A stretch of DNA of 64,000 nt from Octopus bimaculoides (GCF_001194135.2 NC_068995.1:47193326-47257325), one strand, 5' to 3'; shown: positions 51,840-64,000, numbered from the stretch's first letter. Made by a program: numbers and translations. Notes: a model not told the origin generated them from the sequence alone.

Positions 51840-52335
51840 TAATGATGATGATAATGCTTAAGATGATGTTAACATCAATAATGACAGCAATGGTATAGTG
51901 GTGGTGGGGTGGTAATGACAGTGGTGATGATGATGGTGGTGATGATGATAAAGATGATGATAACAATGGTGATGACAGCAATGGTAGTGGTGGTGGTGGT
52001 GGTGGTTGTGGTGGGAGTAGCTGTCAGGATGACGATGACGATGGTGGTGGTGGTGATGTTGACGGTGTTGTTGTTGGCGGTGTTCACGAAGAGGGTGGTG
52101 ACGACAATGGTCATGATGATGTTGTTGGTGGTGGTGTTGGTGATGATGTTGATGGTGTTGTTGGTGGTGGTGGTGAAGGGGGTGGTGACAATAATGGTCA
52201 TGATGATGATGGTGTTGGTGATGATGATGATGATTTGTCAGCGATGGTCGTTGATGGCGATCATCAGTTGAATACTTATCTCTTGTTCTGCAAGTAAATC
52301 TTGTTTGTAGTTTATATAGTGGAGTGATGTGAAAG

Positions 52336-52366
<31 letters not shown>

Positions 52367-52790
52367 CCCAAACATACACACACACACACACACTCATATA
52401 TGTAAGCACTTTCCTACACACGTATATATGCACTCATATGTTGTGTTGGTGATTGCAGTGATAGTGATGATGATGATGATGACGAAGATGATTATGATGA
52501 TGATGGTGATGAATGGTGATGACGATGGTGGTGGTGATGATAGTGATGATAATAATGATGGTGGTGGTGATGATGATAATAGTGTTGGAATTGTATACAG
52601 CGGTGATGGCAGTGTTGGTACAGTTATGTAGTAGTTGTAGTAGTAGCAGCAGTAGCGGCAGTGGTGGTGGTGGAGTTGGTATTGGTGATGTTTAGTAGTA
52701 GTAGTAGTAGTAGTATATTAGTAGTAGCGGTAGCAATAGTAATGCCAGTAGTGATGAAGGTGGTGGTGGTGGTGGTGGAGTGTTTGGGTT
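51840..52790. repeat. (GAT/GGT/GTT/GTA)n low-complexity field with internal (CA)n
   Basis: Read directly from the sequence. Confidence 0.9.
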
Positions 52791-53150
52791 GGATGAGTGG
52801 ATAGATGTGTAAGTTGGCTAGCTGGCTGGCTGGTTAGTTGGTTGGTCAGTCGGTCGGTCGGTCGGTCAGTTTCATGGTTAGGTACATAAAAATAACATGT
52901 CTATGAAAAATTAATTGGTATCGATACAGTGTTGGAATGGTGAAACAGCTGTTGTTACAAGAGGCGGCATGAGATTGCTTCAGGGCGACAACTTTGTTGC
53001 TATTATGAGAAATAATCCAAATCTTGGAAGAAAACAAAACATATGCAAAAAACAAAACAAATAAGACAGAAACGAAAGTAAAGTTTTAGGAAAATAAAAC
53101 AGAAAACTGTTTTGCTGTTTTATATATGTAGGTATGTGTATGTATGTATG

Positions 53151-53251
<101 letters not shown>

Positions 53252-53289
53252 CTGAAATCGAACCGAATCTGACGACTGTCACCCATGCC

Positions 53290-53660
53290 AACCTCTCCTC
53301 CATTGGACACTAAACTCTACTTGCAAAGACCTGTTGGGGCAAATGAAATCGTAATTCAACCATACTCGATGACTGGCACCTGTGCCAGTGGAGCACTAAC
53401 AGCACTGTCCGAGCGTGTTCATTGCCAGAGCAGCTGTCTGGCTTCCGTGCTAGTGGCCCGTAAATAGCACCATTTGAGTGTAATCGTTACCAGTGTCGCC
53501 TTCTAGCACTTGTGCTGGTGGCACGTTTGAAAATTATTCAAGCGAGGTTGTCGCCTTCTAGCACTTGTGCTGGTGGCATGTTTGAAAATTATTCAAGCGA
53601 GGTTGTTGCCAGTGCCGCTGGACTGGCTCCCGTGCAGGTGGCACGTGAAAAACACCTTTT
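53290..53660 (+). mobile_element. SINE family E internal tandem region with a recent 55-bp duplication
   Basis: 53495-53549 and 53550-53604 differ at one base. Homologous to the reverse complement of 1-187. Confidence 0.8.
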
Positions 53661-54254
53661 TGTTCATCATGTAAATAATGATTCTGTCAGTTCTCAGAAA
53701 CTGTTGTTATTTTGGCTCTCATCTAAGAAATCATGAAGATACCTTCTTATGTTGAAGAATTCTCATTTCTGAAATTTCTTGAACTTGGAAGGTTCTATGT
53801 TATATATAAAAAAAATAAGTGATGTGGTGAAGTGGATAGAAGTGCTGGATCAGAAGCCATACAAACCTATATGATCTGAGTTCCAATCCTGCTAGAACTG
53901 AAATTGCTTTTGTTTGTTTTAGAGTTAATTAAGTAGCAGTAATAAACGAGGGTCAATGCAATTAGCTGCTCCTCTCTATATGCACTTTAGCCTTGTTATA
54001 CGTATAGAAACTTAAAGGAACAGAGAGAGTGCATGAGAGAGAGAGAGAGAGAGTTTGTGAGACAGATAAAAAAGGGAGGTAGGAGAGGTTTAAAAGAGTG
54101 GGAGAGAAGGGAAAGACAAGAATGGAGAAGGGAACAGAGAGGGAGAGAGAGACAGAGAAGAAGAAGCAATAAACAGAGAGAAGAGATAGATAGAATGAGA
54201 GAGGCAGAAAGAGAACAAGAGGAGGAGGAGATAACACTGGAGAAAATGGCAATT

Positions 54255-54560
54255 CCTGAAGCAAAGAATGGACTATAAAATATGTGTTTTGAAATTATTT
54301 TCTTCTTAGAAAGTTTAATAAAAGAACCGGCAAAATTTGGTCTAGAATTAGACATCTAGTCACAATAAGTTTTGCCTTCAAACCATTTCCTGGTTTTACA
54401 AACATATTAACAATCTCACAAACAATTTCTAAATTATACCAACTTAATGAACAAAGAAGGACCAATGAAATCACTAGCATTAGGAACTTTATTCTGAAGA
54501 ATTCTGAAGAATATATCCCAAAGATTCTTCTTTATCATCTTCAATATTCTTCTTGTAAAT
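54255..54560 (-). pseudogene. Highly decayed non-LTR reverse transcriptase N-terminal fragment (possibly R4/Dong clade)
   Basis: One minus-strand frame reads NKVPNASDFIGPSLFIKLV*FRNCL*DC*YVCKTRKWFEGKTYCD*MSNSRPNFAGSFIKLSKKKIISKHI. This resembles the K.PG.D...LFN.CL..G..P.W..G.T...SNYRP....K...KII..I pattern of RT subdomains 0-2. Confidence 0.45.
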
Positions 54561-55343
54561 TATTATTGATAGACATTACTTATAAGCAATAGAAAAATTT
54601 ATTCCTAAACTATTTTGGAGTATTGATAAGATTCCAGTTCTACATAATATTGGTAATTAGAATTTCTTACCAATTTTGAATCCTTCATGCTCTTGGAATT
54701 TATTGGTACTTCTTTTAAATTTTTCTCTTGTGTGATCTTTCTTTCTGCTTTTCATTTATTTACAAACACTTAACCCATTAGTGTTCAGATTGGTCCAGAT
54801 GGAGTAGATGTAATCTGAACCCCCCCCCCTTTTTTTTACGGAATCCCACGTTTTAGGCTATGGAGATTACGATTCTGAAAAAGAAATTTCAAAAATCTCC
54901 AATTCNNNNNNNNNNNNNNNNNNNNNNNNNNNNNNNNNNNNNNNNNNNNNNNNNNNNNNNNNNNNNNNNNNNNNNNNNNNNNNNNNNNNNNNNNNNNNNN
55001 NNNNNNNNNNNNNNNNNNNNNNNNNNNNNNNNNNNNNNNNNNNNNNNNNNNNNNNNNNNNNNNNNNNNNNNNNNNNNNNNNNNNNNNNNNNNNNNNNNNN
55101 NNNNNNNNNNNNNNNNNNNNNNNNNNNNNNNNNNNNNNNNNNNNNNNNNNNNNNNNNNNNNNNNNNNNNNNNNNNNNNNNNNNNNNNNNNNNNNNNNNNN
55201 NNNNNNNNNNNNNNNNNNNNNNNNNNNNNNNNNNNNNNNNNNNNNNNNNNNNNNNNNNNNNNNNNNNNNNNNNNNNNNNNNNNNNNNNNNNNNNNNNNNN
55301 NNNNNNNNNNNNNNNNNNNNNNNNNNNNNNNNNNNNNNNNNNN

Positions 55344-55475
55344 CGAGAACTACGTTAAGGGTACACATGTCTGTGGAGTGCTCAGCCACTTGCACGTTAA
55401 TTTCACGAGCAGGCTGTTCCGTTGATCGGATCAACTGGAAACCTCGACGTCGTAAGCGACGGAGTGCCAACAACA
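55344..55475 (+). mobile_element. SINE family B 3' part with (CAA)n tail
   Basis: gagaactacgttaagggtacacatgtctgtggagtgctcagcc..gatcggatcaactgg..gacggagtgccaacaacaac. Confidence 0.9.
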
Positions 55476-55634
55476 ACAACAACAGTCATACATATTTTAT
55501 ACATTTACATAAGTATGCCTTTGTATGTAATATGAACACACACAAATCTAAATGCATAGACATTAGGAAAAAATACATGTATATAGACACATACACAAGA
55601 GAATGAATAGATCATAGCATGTGAATGCAATTGT

Positions 55635-55688
<54 letters not shown>

Positions 55689-56299
55689 TAAATCAATATC
55701 ATNNNNNNNNNNNNNNNNNNNNNNNNNNNNNNNNNNNNNNNNNNNNNNNNNNNNNNNNNNNNNNNNNNNNNNNNNNNNNNNNNNNNNNNNNNNNNNNNNN
55801 NNNNNNNNNNNNNNNNNNNNNNNNNNNNNNNNNNNNNNNNNNNNNNNNNNNNNNNNNNNNNNNNNNNNNNNNNNNNNNNNNNNNNNNNNNNNNNNNNNNN
55901 NNNNNNNNNNNNNNNNNNNNNNNNNNNNNNNNNNNNNNNNNNNNNNNNNNNNNNNNNNNNNNNNNNNNNNNNNNNNNNNNNNNNNNNNNNNNNNNNNNNN
56001 NNNNNNNNNNNNNNNNNNNNNNNNNNNNNNNNNNNNNNNNNNNNNNNNNNNNNNNNNNNNNNNNNNNNNNNNNNNNNNNNNNNNNNNNNNNNNNNNNNNN
56101 NNNNNNNNNNNNNNNNNNNNNNNNNNNNNNNNNNNNNNNNNNNNNNNNNNNNNNNNNNNNNNNNNNNNNNNNNNNNNNNNNNNNNNNNNNNNNNNNNNNN
56201 NNNNNNNNNNNNNNNNNNNNNNNNNNNNNNNNNNNNNNCATGTGTCTCCCATATATATATCCATGTGCTTGAGAAGAAGGTTTATCAAAGCTGAGCAAA

Positions 56300-56491
56300 A
56301 TCACAGTCGTGGCAGATACCGGTGTCATGCAAATGGCACCCATGCCAGTGGCATGTAAAAACACCCATTACACTCTCAGAGTGGTTGATGTTAAGAAGAG
56401 CATCCAGTCGCAGAAAGCCATGACGAATCAGACTGGAGCCAACCCTGGTCAAACTGTGCAGCCCATGCCAGTATGGACAACGGACATTAAA

Positions 56492-56520
<29 letters not shown>
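56300..56520 (+). mobile_element. SINE family E 3' half
   Basis: gtggcatgtaaaaacacccattacactctcagagtggttgatgttaagaagagcatccag..ggacattaaattttgatgatgat. Confidence 0.85.
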
Positions 56521-56523
<3 letters not shown>

Positions 56524-56524
56524 A

Positions 56525-56610
56525 GGCTATAGTAGAAGACACTTGCCCAAGGTTCAACGCAGTGGGACTGAACCCGGAACCATGTAGTTCAGAAGCAAGC
56601 TTTTTACTAC
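56525..56610 (-). mobile_element. SINE family D head fragment
   Basis: gaggctatagtagaagacacttgcccaagg..gcagtgggactgaacccggaaccatg. Confidence 0.85.
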
Positions 56611-57112
56611 ACATTCACCTAGAAGATCTGTTTAGACCATTGGGGTGTTTATCCTAAAGCCATAATTGAATTCTCAGTCCAGGTGTGCTTTGACCTTAAG
56701 CAAGACACTTTACTTCATGCTGCTCCAGTCCACTCAGCAGGCAATCCAAGCAAAAGTGCATTTACCCTCTGAGTTCGAATTCCTCCAATGTTGACTTCAC
56801 CTTTCATCCTTTTAGAGGGTTGACAAAATAAGTACCAGTGGAACACCAGGGTCAATGTAATTGACATACCACTTCTTTGGAATGCTGGCCTTGACCCAAA
56901 AATTGAAACCGGTATCAGTGACATAGAGAGAGAAAATATGCAAAGTAGAAAAACTCGCTTCTCTCATTACTTAAGGACGTTATAGGATTGGTGAGTGGCA
57001 CTGGACAGATAGGAATTATACAGATGGCAATAGAATGGTCTGGTTACGGTACTTAGGTAGGAAACCTAAATTATTGTTCAGTTTAACAACACTGTTTGGA
57101 AATTATTTATTT

Positions 57113-57460
57113 CGAACCCTTTTGCTGCAATATTGAAATATACTGCCTTCCTTTAAATTAATTTTGAAAATAATGAAGAACTTTGCAAGATAATTTTATC
57201 GTTATTAAACTGGTGCTATGAACATAAATTAGCATTAAATTTTGATGGAAGATTTTAATCTAGATCACTTCAACCATATTTCTGATGAAATACATTGCTT
57301 TCATTTAAATTGATTTTGAAAATAATGAATTTATCAAAATTATTTTATCATTATTAAACTGATGCTACGAACATAAATTAACACTAAATTTTGATGGAAG
57401 ATTTTAATTTAGTTCAGTTTAAAACAGAAAGTTTGTATCTGAGAATCCCAGGTAGACTCA
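57113..57460. mobile_element. AT-rich MITE-like repeat with an internal ~135-bp tandem duplication
   Basis: 57136-57270 and 57288-57420 align (attttgaaaataatgaa..attaaactg.tgcta.gaacataaatta..aaattttgatggaagattttaat). It begins aacccttt, like the TTAA-ended MITEs. Confidence 0.6.
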
Positions 57461-57675
57461 GGTTTTTATGAAAACAGCAACCAAATTCCATTCTGCTGTC
57501 CGTATTCGAGCCAAGTAATTGGTCTGAAGATAACCCAGAAATTGCAGTTTCTTTCTTTCAAAAGGTTTTGTTATTTTAATTATAAACCTCGTTAAGCAAT
57601 AATTAAAAAGACAGATAATGAATACCTTTTAACTCCTCTGTTTTCTTGTTTATAAATACAATACTACTGTTAGTT

Positions 57676-57848
57676 TACAAGCTGCGTTCTAGAAGTTTTG
57701 AGACTTTTTTTGGAAGAAACATTTATTAAGTTCAAAGTACAAAACTCTAATCTCCTTTGAAGTAGGATCCTCCAACGTCAATGCACTTCTTGTAGTGCTC
57801 CAGCCATTTCGTGGAGGCCCTATGGAAGTCTTCCAAGGTAACAACGTT
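57676..57848 (-). mobile_element. Mariner 3' end relic: transposase C-terminus plus right TIR
   Basis: Minus strand 57848-57747 = NVVTLEDFHRASTKWLEHYKKCIDVGGSYFKGD* (typical mariner ..W.KC...GG.YFE end). It is followed by aataaa and a TIR-like end reading TA-caagctgcgttctagaagttttgagac on the plus strand. Confidence 0.8.
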
Positions 57849-57929
57849 GGCAGCTCAGCTTATTAGATGAAGAGTAATTATATACTAAAAACTTACAGCT
57901 GGTAGGAAACTCTCAAGAGAGTTCAACAG

Positions 57930-58435
57930 CAGAAGGTCTTTGGAGAAGAAACCACCACTCAGGGAAGAGTTTCAGCCCTCAACGTCTTACCCATTAAAGG
58001 CGGGGGTGTGTGCTGCAAACAGCATCCTTGTCATGACTCCTGGGTGCTCTTCTGCAAACACATTTTTAGCCATTTGGATATCAGAGACTTGTGCATTTAC
58101 ACCATCTGGAGATTTTGAGTTTTAACTACCTCCCCTAAAAACGTCTCAAGCCTTCTGCAATGAACCTCATGTGCTGTTACCCTGGATCACATCCAGTGAA
58201 AGGCCATATAGCTGCCTCCATCTGCAGGCATACTGCCTGCTCTCTCTCTGTTTTTTTTCTATCACTACCCAAATGGTCTATGTTCTTCAAGACTAGTTGG
58301 TTTCATAACTCCATCGTTCAAGTAAACCCCAACCATCGCTCCTCATCCGTTTGTCCCTCCAGACCTTTTGTCACCCTCGGTACTTACCCTGCACTAACTA
58401 CTATGCCTAATGTTTCTTCCGCAGAGCATAATCTC
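57930..58435 (-). pseudogene. Decayed CR1-clade LINE RT C-terminal fragment
   Basis: Minus-strand pieces SAEETLGIVVS, RVTKGLEGQTDEERWLGF and TLP*VVVSSPKTF resemble the CR1 motifs EKDLGVxV, KGLExxSYEERLxxLGLF and WNSLPxxVVxAxSxxxF, in the right order. Confidence 0.5.
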
Positions 58436-58837
58436 TGTGGAATCTTCACCCTGCAGATGCTTACCTGCAAAACAATAAATGGAACATTAACAGCCCAAAT
58501 CTCACCTGCCTCAAAGGTTATGCAAAGGGCATGACCTTTGCCCTTTCCTCCAGATTCATCATCATCATCCACATCATCATCATCATTATAGTCATCATCA
58601 TTATCATCATCACCTTCAATAGCATTGTTTTAACGTCCCTCTATCAAGCTATTAACAATTAAAATTGTACTTTTCCAGACTAAAAGTTACCGAGTATGTG
58701 GCCATATGAAAAGCCATCATTTTGCTTCATGTATTTTCTATTTAACAAAGGCTTAATTCACAATTTCTGAACATTATTGCAGTTTTTAGTTTGTATTGTA
58801 GTATTCTGGGATTCTTCTACTTACATGTGTGTGAACC

Positions 58838-58993
58838 TTTGGCTGTGTAGTTAGAAGCTTAGTTCCTAATCACTTGGTTTTCAGTTCATTCCCCACCCTG
58901 CGTGTCACGTTGGGTTAGTGTTATATAATATAGCCTGAGGCTAACCAAAGCCTTGTGAGTGGATTTGGTAGATGGAAACTGGAAGAAGCCCAT

Positions 58994-59000
<7 letters not shown>
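58838..59000 (+). mobile_element. SINE family D head
   Basis: tggctgtgtagttagaagctt..ttcagttcattcc..ccaaagccttgtgagtggatttggtagatggaaactggaagaagccc. Confidence 0.85.
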
Positions 59001-59041
<41 letters not shown>

Positions 59042-59046
59042 TATAA

Positions 59047-59154
59047 GAAGGGATGACCACTAGGTGGTCATCCAATATGCTAGAAAAAGGTCATCAACGA
59101 CCCAACCACAAAAGAAAAATCATGATTTTTCTTTGTGGTTGGGTCGTTGATGAC
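59047..59154. mobile_element. Second copy of the palindromic MITE-like family (right part lost in gap)
   Basis: gaagggatgaccactaggtggtcatcc..atgctagaaa matches the 43426-43460 TIR. 59090-59154 is a loop-less palindrome centred on tcatga. Confidence 0.8.
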
Positions 59155-60064
59155 NNNNNNNNNNNNNNNNNNNNNNNNNNNNNNNNNNNNNNNNNNNNNN
59201 NNNNNNNNNNNNNNNNNNNNNNNNNNNNNNNNNNNNNNNNNNNNNNNNNNNNNNNNNNNNNNNNNNNNNNNNNNNNNNNNNNNNNNNNNNNNNNNNNNNN
59301 NNNNNNNNNNNNNNNNNNNNNNNNNNNNNNNNNNNNNNNNNNNNNNNNNNNNNNNNNNNNNNNNNNNNNNNNNNNNNNNNNNNNNNNNNNNNNNNNNNNN
59401 NNNNNNNNNNNNNNNNNNNNNNNNNNNNNNNNNNNNNNNNNNNNNNNNNNNNNNNNNNNNNNNNNNNNNNNNNNNNNNNNNNNNNNNNNNNNNNNNNNNN
59501 NNNNNNNNNNNNNNNNNNNNNNNNNNNNNNNNNNNNNNNNNNNNNNNNNNNNNNNNNNNNNNNNNNNNNNNNNNNNNNNNNNNNNNNNNNNNNNNNNNNN
59601 NNNNNNNNNNNNNNNNNNNNNNNNNNNNNNNNNNNNNNNNNNNNNNNNNNNNNNNNNNNNNNNNNNNNNNNNNNNNNNNNNNNNNNNNNNNNNNNNNNNN
59701 NNNNNNNNNNNNNNNNNNNNNNNNNNNNNNNNNNNNNNNNNNNNNNNNNNNNNNNNNNNNNNNNNNNNNNNNNNNNNNNNNNNNNNNNNNNNNNNNNNNN
59801 NNNNNNNNNNNNNNNNNNNNNNNNNNNNNNNNNNNNNNNNNNNNNNNNNNNNNNNNNNNNNNNNNNNNNNNNNNNNNNNNNNNNNNNNNNNNNNNNNNNN
59901 NNNNNNNNNNNNNNNNNNNNNNNNNNNNNNNNNNNNNNNNNNNNNNNNNNNNNNNNNNNNNNNNNNNNNNNTACACACACCCACATATATATATATACAT
60001 ATACATACATATACATACATACATATATATATACATACATATATATATATAAATACACACACAC

Positions 60065-60116
<52 letters not shown>

Positions 60117-60399
60117 ATATATATATATACATATTTATTTATGCAGGTATGTGTATATGTATATATTATCATCAACATTTGTCGTCCGTTTTCCATGCTG
60201 GCACATGTGTGTGTGTGTATGTGTGTGTGTGTTTGTATTATATTGTAAAGTCTGTATAAAGAGTTTCCATTAAACAGTCTCCCAGATTGACCAATTACGA
60301 TCATTGCCAACTTGTTTTTGACATAATGTACTGACTGACATAGAAACATATAGTCCGGAATAAAAAAAAAAAAGAAAAATCACTGTATTAAACATACCA

Positions 60400-61250
60400 C
60401 CTACAGCAACAACAACAACAGCTACATCAACAATAACAATAGCAATAACAACTCTACCCCCTCCCCAACAGCAACAACAACAGGAGTAACAGGATCATCA
60501 CAGACATAGTGAAAAGACTGAGAAGAAACCATCACCACCACCACCACCACCTTCACGCCAACATCACCACCGCTACCACTGCAATCACCTCCATCACCAC
60601 CACCACCACAACCACCACCAACACCATCATTACCACCAATACCATCAACAATATCACCAACAGCATGGAAAAGGCATTAAAACCACCACCACCGCCACAA
60701 CCACCACCATCACCATCATCACCACCACTAACAACAGTGTTACTTTCACCACTAGCAACATCAACAACAACAGCAACAACAACACTAACAGCAAATGCAA
60801 GAAGAATAACATCACTGAAATCAACAATGCTAGCAATAACAACACTCCTACCCAGCCATGACCACCACCACTGCCACTAACAATAACAACAACACTAACA
60901 CCAACACCACAAATGTTATCTTCACCACTACCTCTCCCCTCACCCCCACCATCACCAACAACAACACCATCACCACCACTACCACCATCACCACCACCAC
61001 CATTACTGCTATCACCACCACTACCTCCATCACCACCACTACTGCCATCACCACCACTACCGCCATCACCCCCACCCCTACCACCATCACCACCACTACC
61101 ACCACTACTGCCACCACCACACCACCCCTACCATCATCACCACAGCTACCTCCATCACCACCACTACCGCCATCACCACTACTACCGCCATCACCCCACA
61201 ACTGCCACCACTACCACCATTACCAACACCAACACCACTAACACCCAAAC
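60400..61250. repeat. (CAA/CAC/CAT)n low-complexity field
   Basis: Read directly from the sequence. Confidence 0.9.
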
Positions 61251-61669
61251 GAATTCCACCCCCCCTCTCCGACACCTGGTACTGTTTTGTCTTCGCACTT
61301 CCTATTTTTCACTCTCAACATCCACTTTATGTCTTTCCTTCTCTCTCTTCTTCCCTCGTTAAATGCACTATGCATTGTTGTTTTAATTACAACGTGGCTA
61401 AACAATAATTACAGAAGAAATGATTAGTGTTTTTCTATCTTTTCTGTCTTCCTGTTTACTTATGTAACTCAGGGAGAAATTTTGAGTGCCAGTTCCATAG
61501 AGGAGGGTCGGTAGTTCAAATCTCAGCTGTGACACTATATTGTTTGTTAGAAGCCAAAAATATATTTGAAACATAATCCAATGATGAGTTCACCTTGGGG
61601 TCATTAGACCTGCTAGAAATTACAAATAAATACCCCTCATATTTCTCCAGCATTTTTTCTTCTTGCTTT

Positions 61670-61815
61670 TTTACTCTAGGCACAAGGCCTGAAATATTGG
61701 GGGAGGAGGCCAGTCGATTAGATCGACCCAGTACGAAGCTGGTACTTAATTTATCAACCCTGAAAGGATGAAAGGCAAAGTCGGCCTCGGTGGAATTTGA
61801 ACTCAGAACGTTACA
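61670..61815 (-). mobile_element. SINE family A
   Basis: ggcacaaggcctgaaat..gtcgattagatcgaccc..ctggtacttaatttatc..aaaggatgaaaggcaaagtcggcctcggtggaatttgaactcagaacg. Confidence 0.85.
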
Positions 61816-61902
61816 GATAAAATGTAGAATAAGACATAATTCTAAATAATTTTTTCTAATTTTAGATAATTTTTTTTAGCAGTGGCTGTTACAGATATAA
61901 TA

Positions 61903-62086
61903 GAAGTAAACAAGGGAACAAATTTAGTGAAGGTGAACAAAGGAACAGATGTGAATAAGGTGAACAAGAGAATGATGTATTGAAGGTGAACACTGAATAG
62001 GTGAAATGGAAGTGAACAAGGGAACAGGTTTAAAGAAAGTGAACAAGGGACATGGATGTAAAGAATGTGAACAAAAGGGAACAAAC
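61903..62086. repeat. ~25-bp degenerate minisatellite (gtgaacaagggaaca)
   Basis: About 7 recurrences of gtgaaca/gtaaaca. Confidence 0.8.
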
Positions 62087-62648
62087 GTCTTGTTTAATGC
62101 TTGGGTGGACAAACATAGAACAGCGAAAGGAAAGTAGACTGGTTTGGCAGTTGTTTGTGTTTAGTTCTGTCACACCTGACGTATCGAAGGTGAAGTCCAA
62201 GATACTGCGGCTGGAGTTGCTAAGCTAAGTACATTGGCAACACATGATCTATTGTTTACGTACAGAGGAGGAGGAGAAGGAGGAAGGGAATGCCAACAGC
62301 AGTGACAACAACAACAACAATACTGATAGTAACAAGGAAATTATAGTGTGGGGGTGGAGTATCAATCAATAGGTTGATATTGTTGTGGTTTTTTGACCAA
62401 TGCTTATTGTAATCTATTAACCCATGTTTTGATTGAGCAAGAACCCCCACTCATTTCCCCTTATCTTTATGTGTGATTTTTTAATATTCTTTAATATTTT
62501 GTTGTTGGGTTAACTTAATTTCGTTAATGTAAATACACTTCCGAGAAAATTATAAATGTTGTTCATCATGGAGAAAAGATGATAAAATGAAATCACAACA
62601 TGAAAGTAAACGAAAATAACAAAAAAAATAAGTGTGAAGAAACTACAT

Positions 62649-62697
<49 letters not shown>

Positions 62698-62789
62698 TTC
62701 ATGCATGCATAAACACACACACACACAGATACACAGGCACACATTGATACTCATACACATCTATACACACATACAAACACTTTCATATA

Positions 62790-62950
62790 TACAGTCCCTA
62801 TGTTCAACTGGTACTTATTTTATAAACCCTGGATGGATGAAAGGTAGAGTCAAACCTTGGTGGTATTTGAACTCAGAGTGTGTAGTTAGAAGAAAAAAAC
62901 TGCCAAAGCATTGTGTTCAGCATTCTTACAATTTTGACAGCTTACCATCT
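62790..62950 (-). mobile_element. SINE family A, diverged
   Basis: caactggtacttatttt..ggatgaaaggtagagtc..atttgaactcagag..ttttgacagcttacc. Confidence 0.7.
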
Positions 62951-63943
62951 TAATAATAATAATAGTAATAATAATAATAATAATAATGATAAGATTATAT
63001 AGGACTGAGGTAAGTCCTCCAGAAGTTATACAGAAATAAAAAAACTAGAAGAGTACCATAGTTATCATGTGAAATTGGTTGAATGATATTTCGGCATCTA
63101 GCGTGCCTTCCAGTCCTATATAATCTTAACAAAAAATGAAGTAGACTGACATGTAATTTTTGAACCTGTGGAAGGCACATGATAACTATTGGACTCTAAT
63201 AATACTACTACTAATAATAATAATAACAATAATAGTCTATACTATAATAAAACATATTGCATATTAATTAGTTGGAATTATGTAACTTTAATTAAAAGAA
63301 AGAAAGTATTAAAGTCTAGAATATCGACGAAATGCATATAAATTCCAATTTCAATACCTTTTTATCAAAATAAGGTTTTCAAACTTCTTTTATTATTGGA
63401 TATTCATGTATATAAATAAATTCATTCACTGTGATAAATCTCAAACATAATTTTTATTTACTCGGACATAATTCTCTTTCTCTTTCTCCTTTTCTCTCTC
63501 CTACCCTACTCTCTCTCTCTTTCTCTCTCACTCTATATTGCTGTATTTAATTGTTTTCAATAAAAATAAGTGATTACAAAATTTTTCTTTGAGATATTTT
63601 TGAGAATATTTTCAAAATATTTTACACTATATCTATGTATCACATCAAAACTGCTTAAAAGTTTTATTTAATCATAGACAAATATATTAACCATTCTACT
63701 TTGAATAATGAAAGCCTGAGATTATTCTTTGTCTAAACCAAATTTGCTTTATTTTTAAATTATAAAATGATGTTTGATTTTCGTTTTTCAACACTTTATT
63801 CCCTTAGGTTTTCATTTCTTTCATTCTCTTTCAGAAACTTTGTTCATAATTCTTGACTTATCATTTCATAGTTCTACTTTTTGTATTTCCCTCCTGCACA
63901 CTCAATCACATTCATTTTCTTTCCTTACAATACAGTCTCTCTT

Positions 63944-64000
<57 letters not shown>

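Noticed and set aside
51326-51898. 190-aa plus-strand ORF, and faint transposase- or RT-like words on the minus strand
   Set aside because: No motif is recognised with confidence, and the ORF starts in a SINE and ends in a microsatellite.
58386-58466. Minus-strand ttttgcag|gtaagc site and downstream donors (recursive splice site or exon)
   Set aside because: It lies in a CR1-like relic, and no frame stays open between plausible splice sites.

Overview
AT-rich eukaryotic genomic scaffold, most likely an octopod cephalopod. That assignment is inferred from the SINE repertoire and the extreme (TA)n/(CA)n/(GAT)n/(GGT)n load, and is not proven. There are about 23 N-gaps, most of them next to microsatellites or homopolymers. 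I find no protein-coding host gene that I can support, so the window reads as intergenic DNA or a very large intron. Almost all long ORFs in the track are artefacts of N-runs or simple repeats. The content is (i) many copies of at least five tRNA-headed or (GAT)n-tailed SINE families, labelled A-E here as working names; (ii) decayed LINE fragments (two RTE-like, one CR1-like, and R4/Dong-like RT and endonuclease pieces); (iii) two mariner relics, one built from two inverted 5' ends; (iv) a fully palindromic MITE-like family present twice; (v) TTAA-type MITE remnants; and (vi) many composite minisatellites. The most notable item is a TSD-flanked, tRNA-headed SINE (17801-18098, minus strand) carrying a minimal type-I hammerhead ribozyme motif of the Penelope-like kind. 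SINE and LINE boundaries were read by eye and may be off by 10-20 bp.
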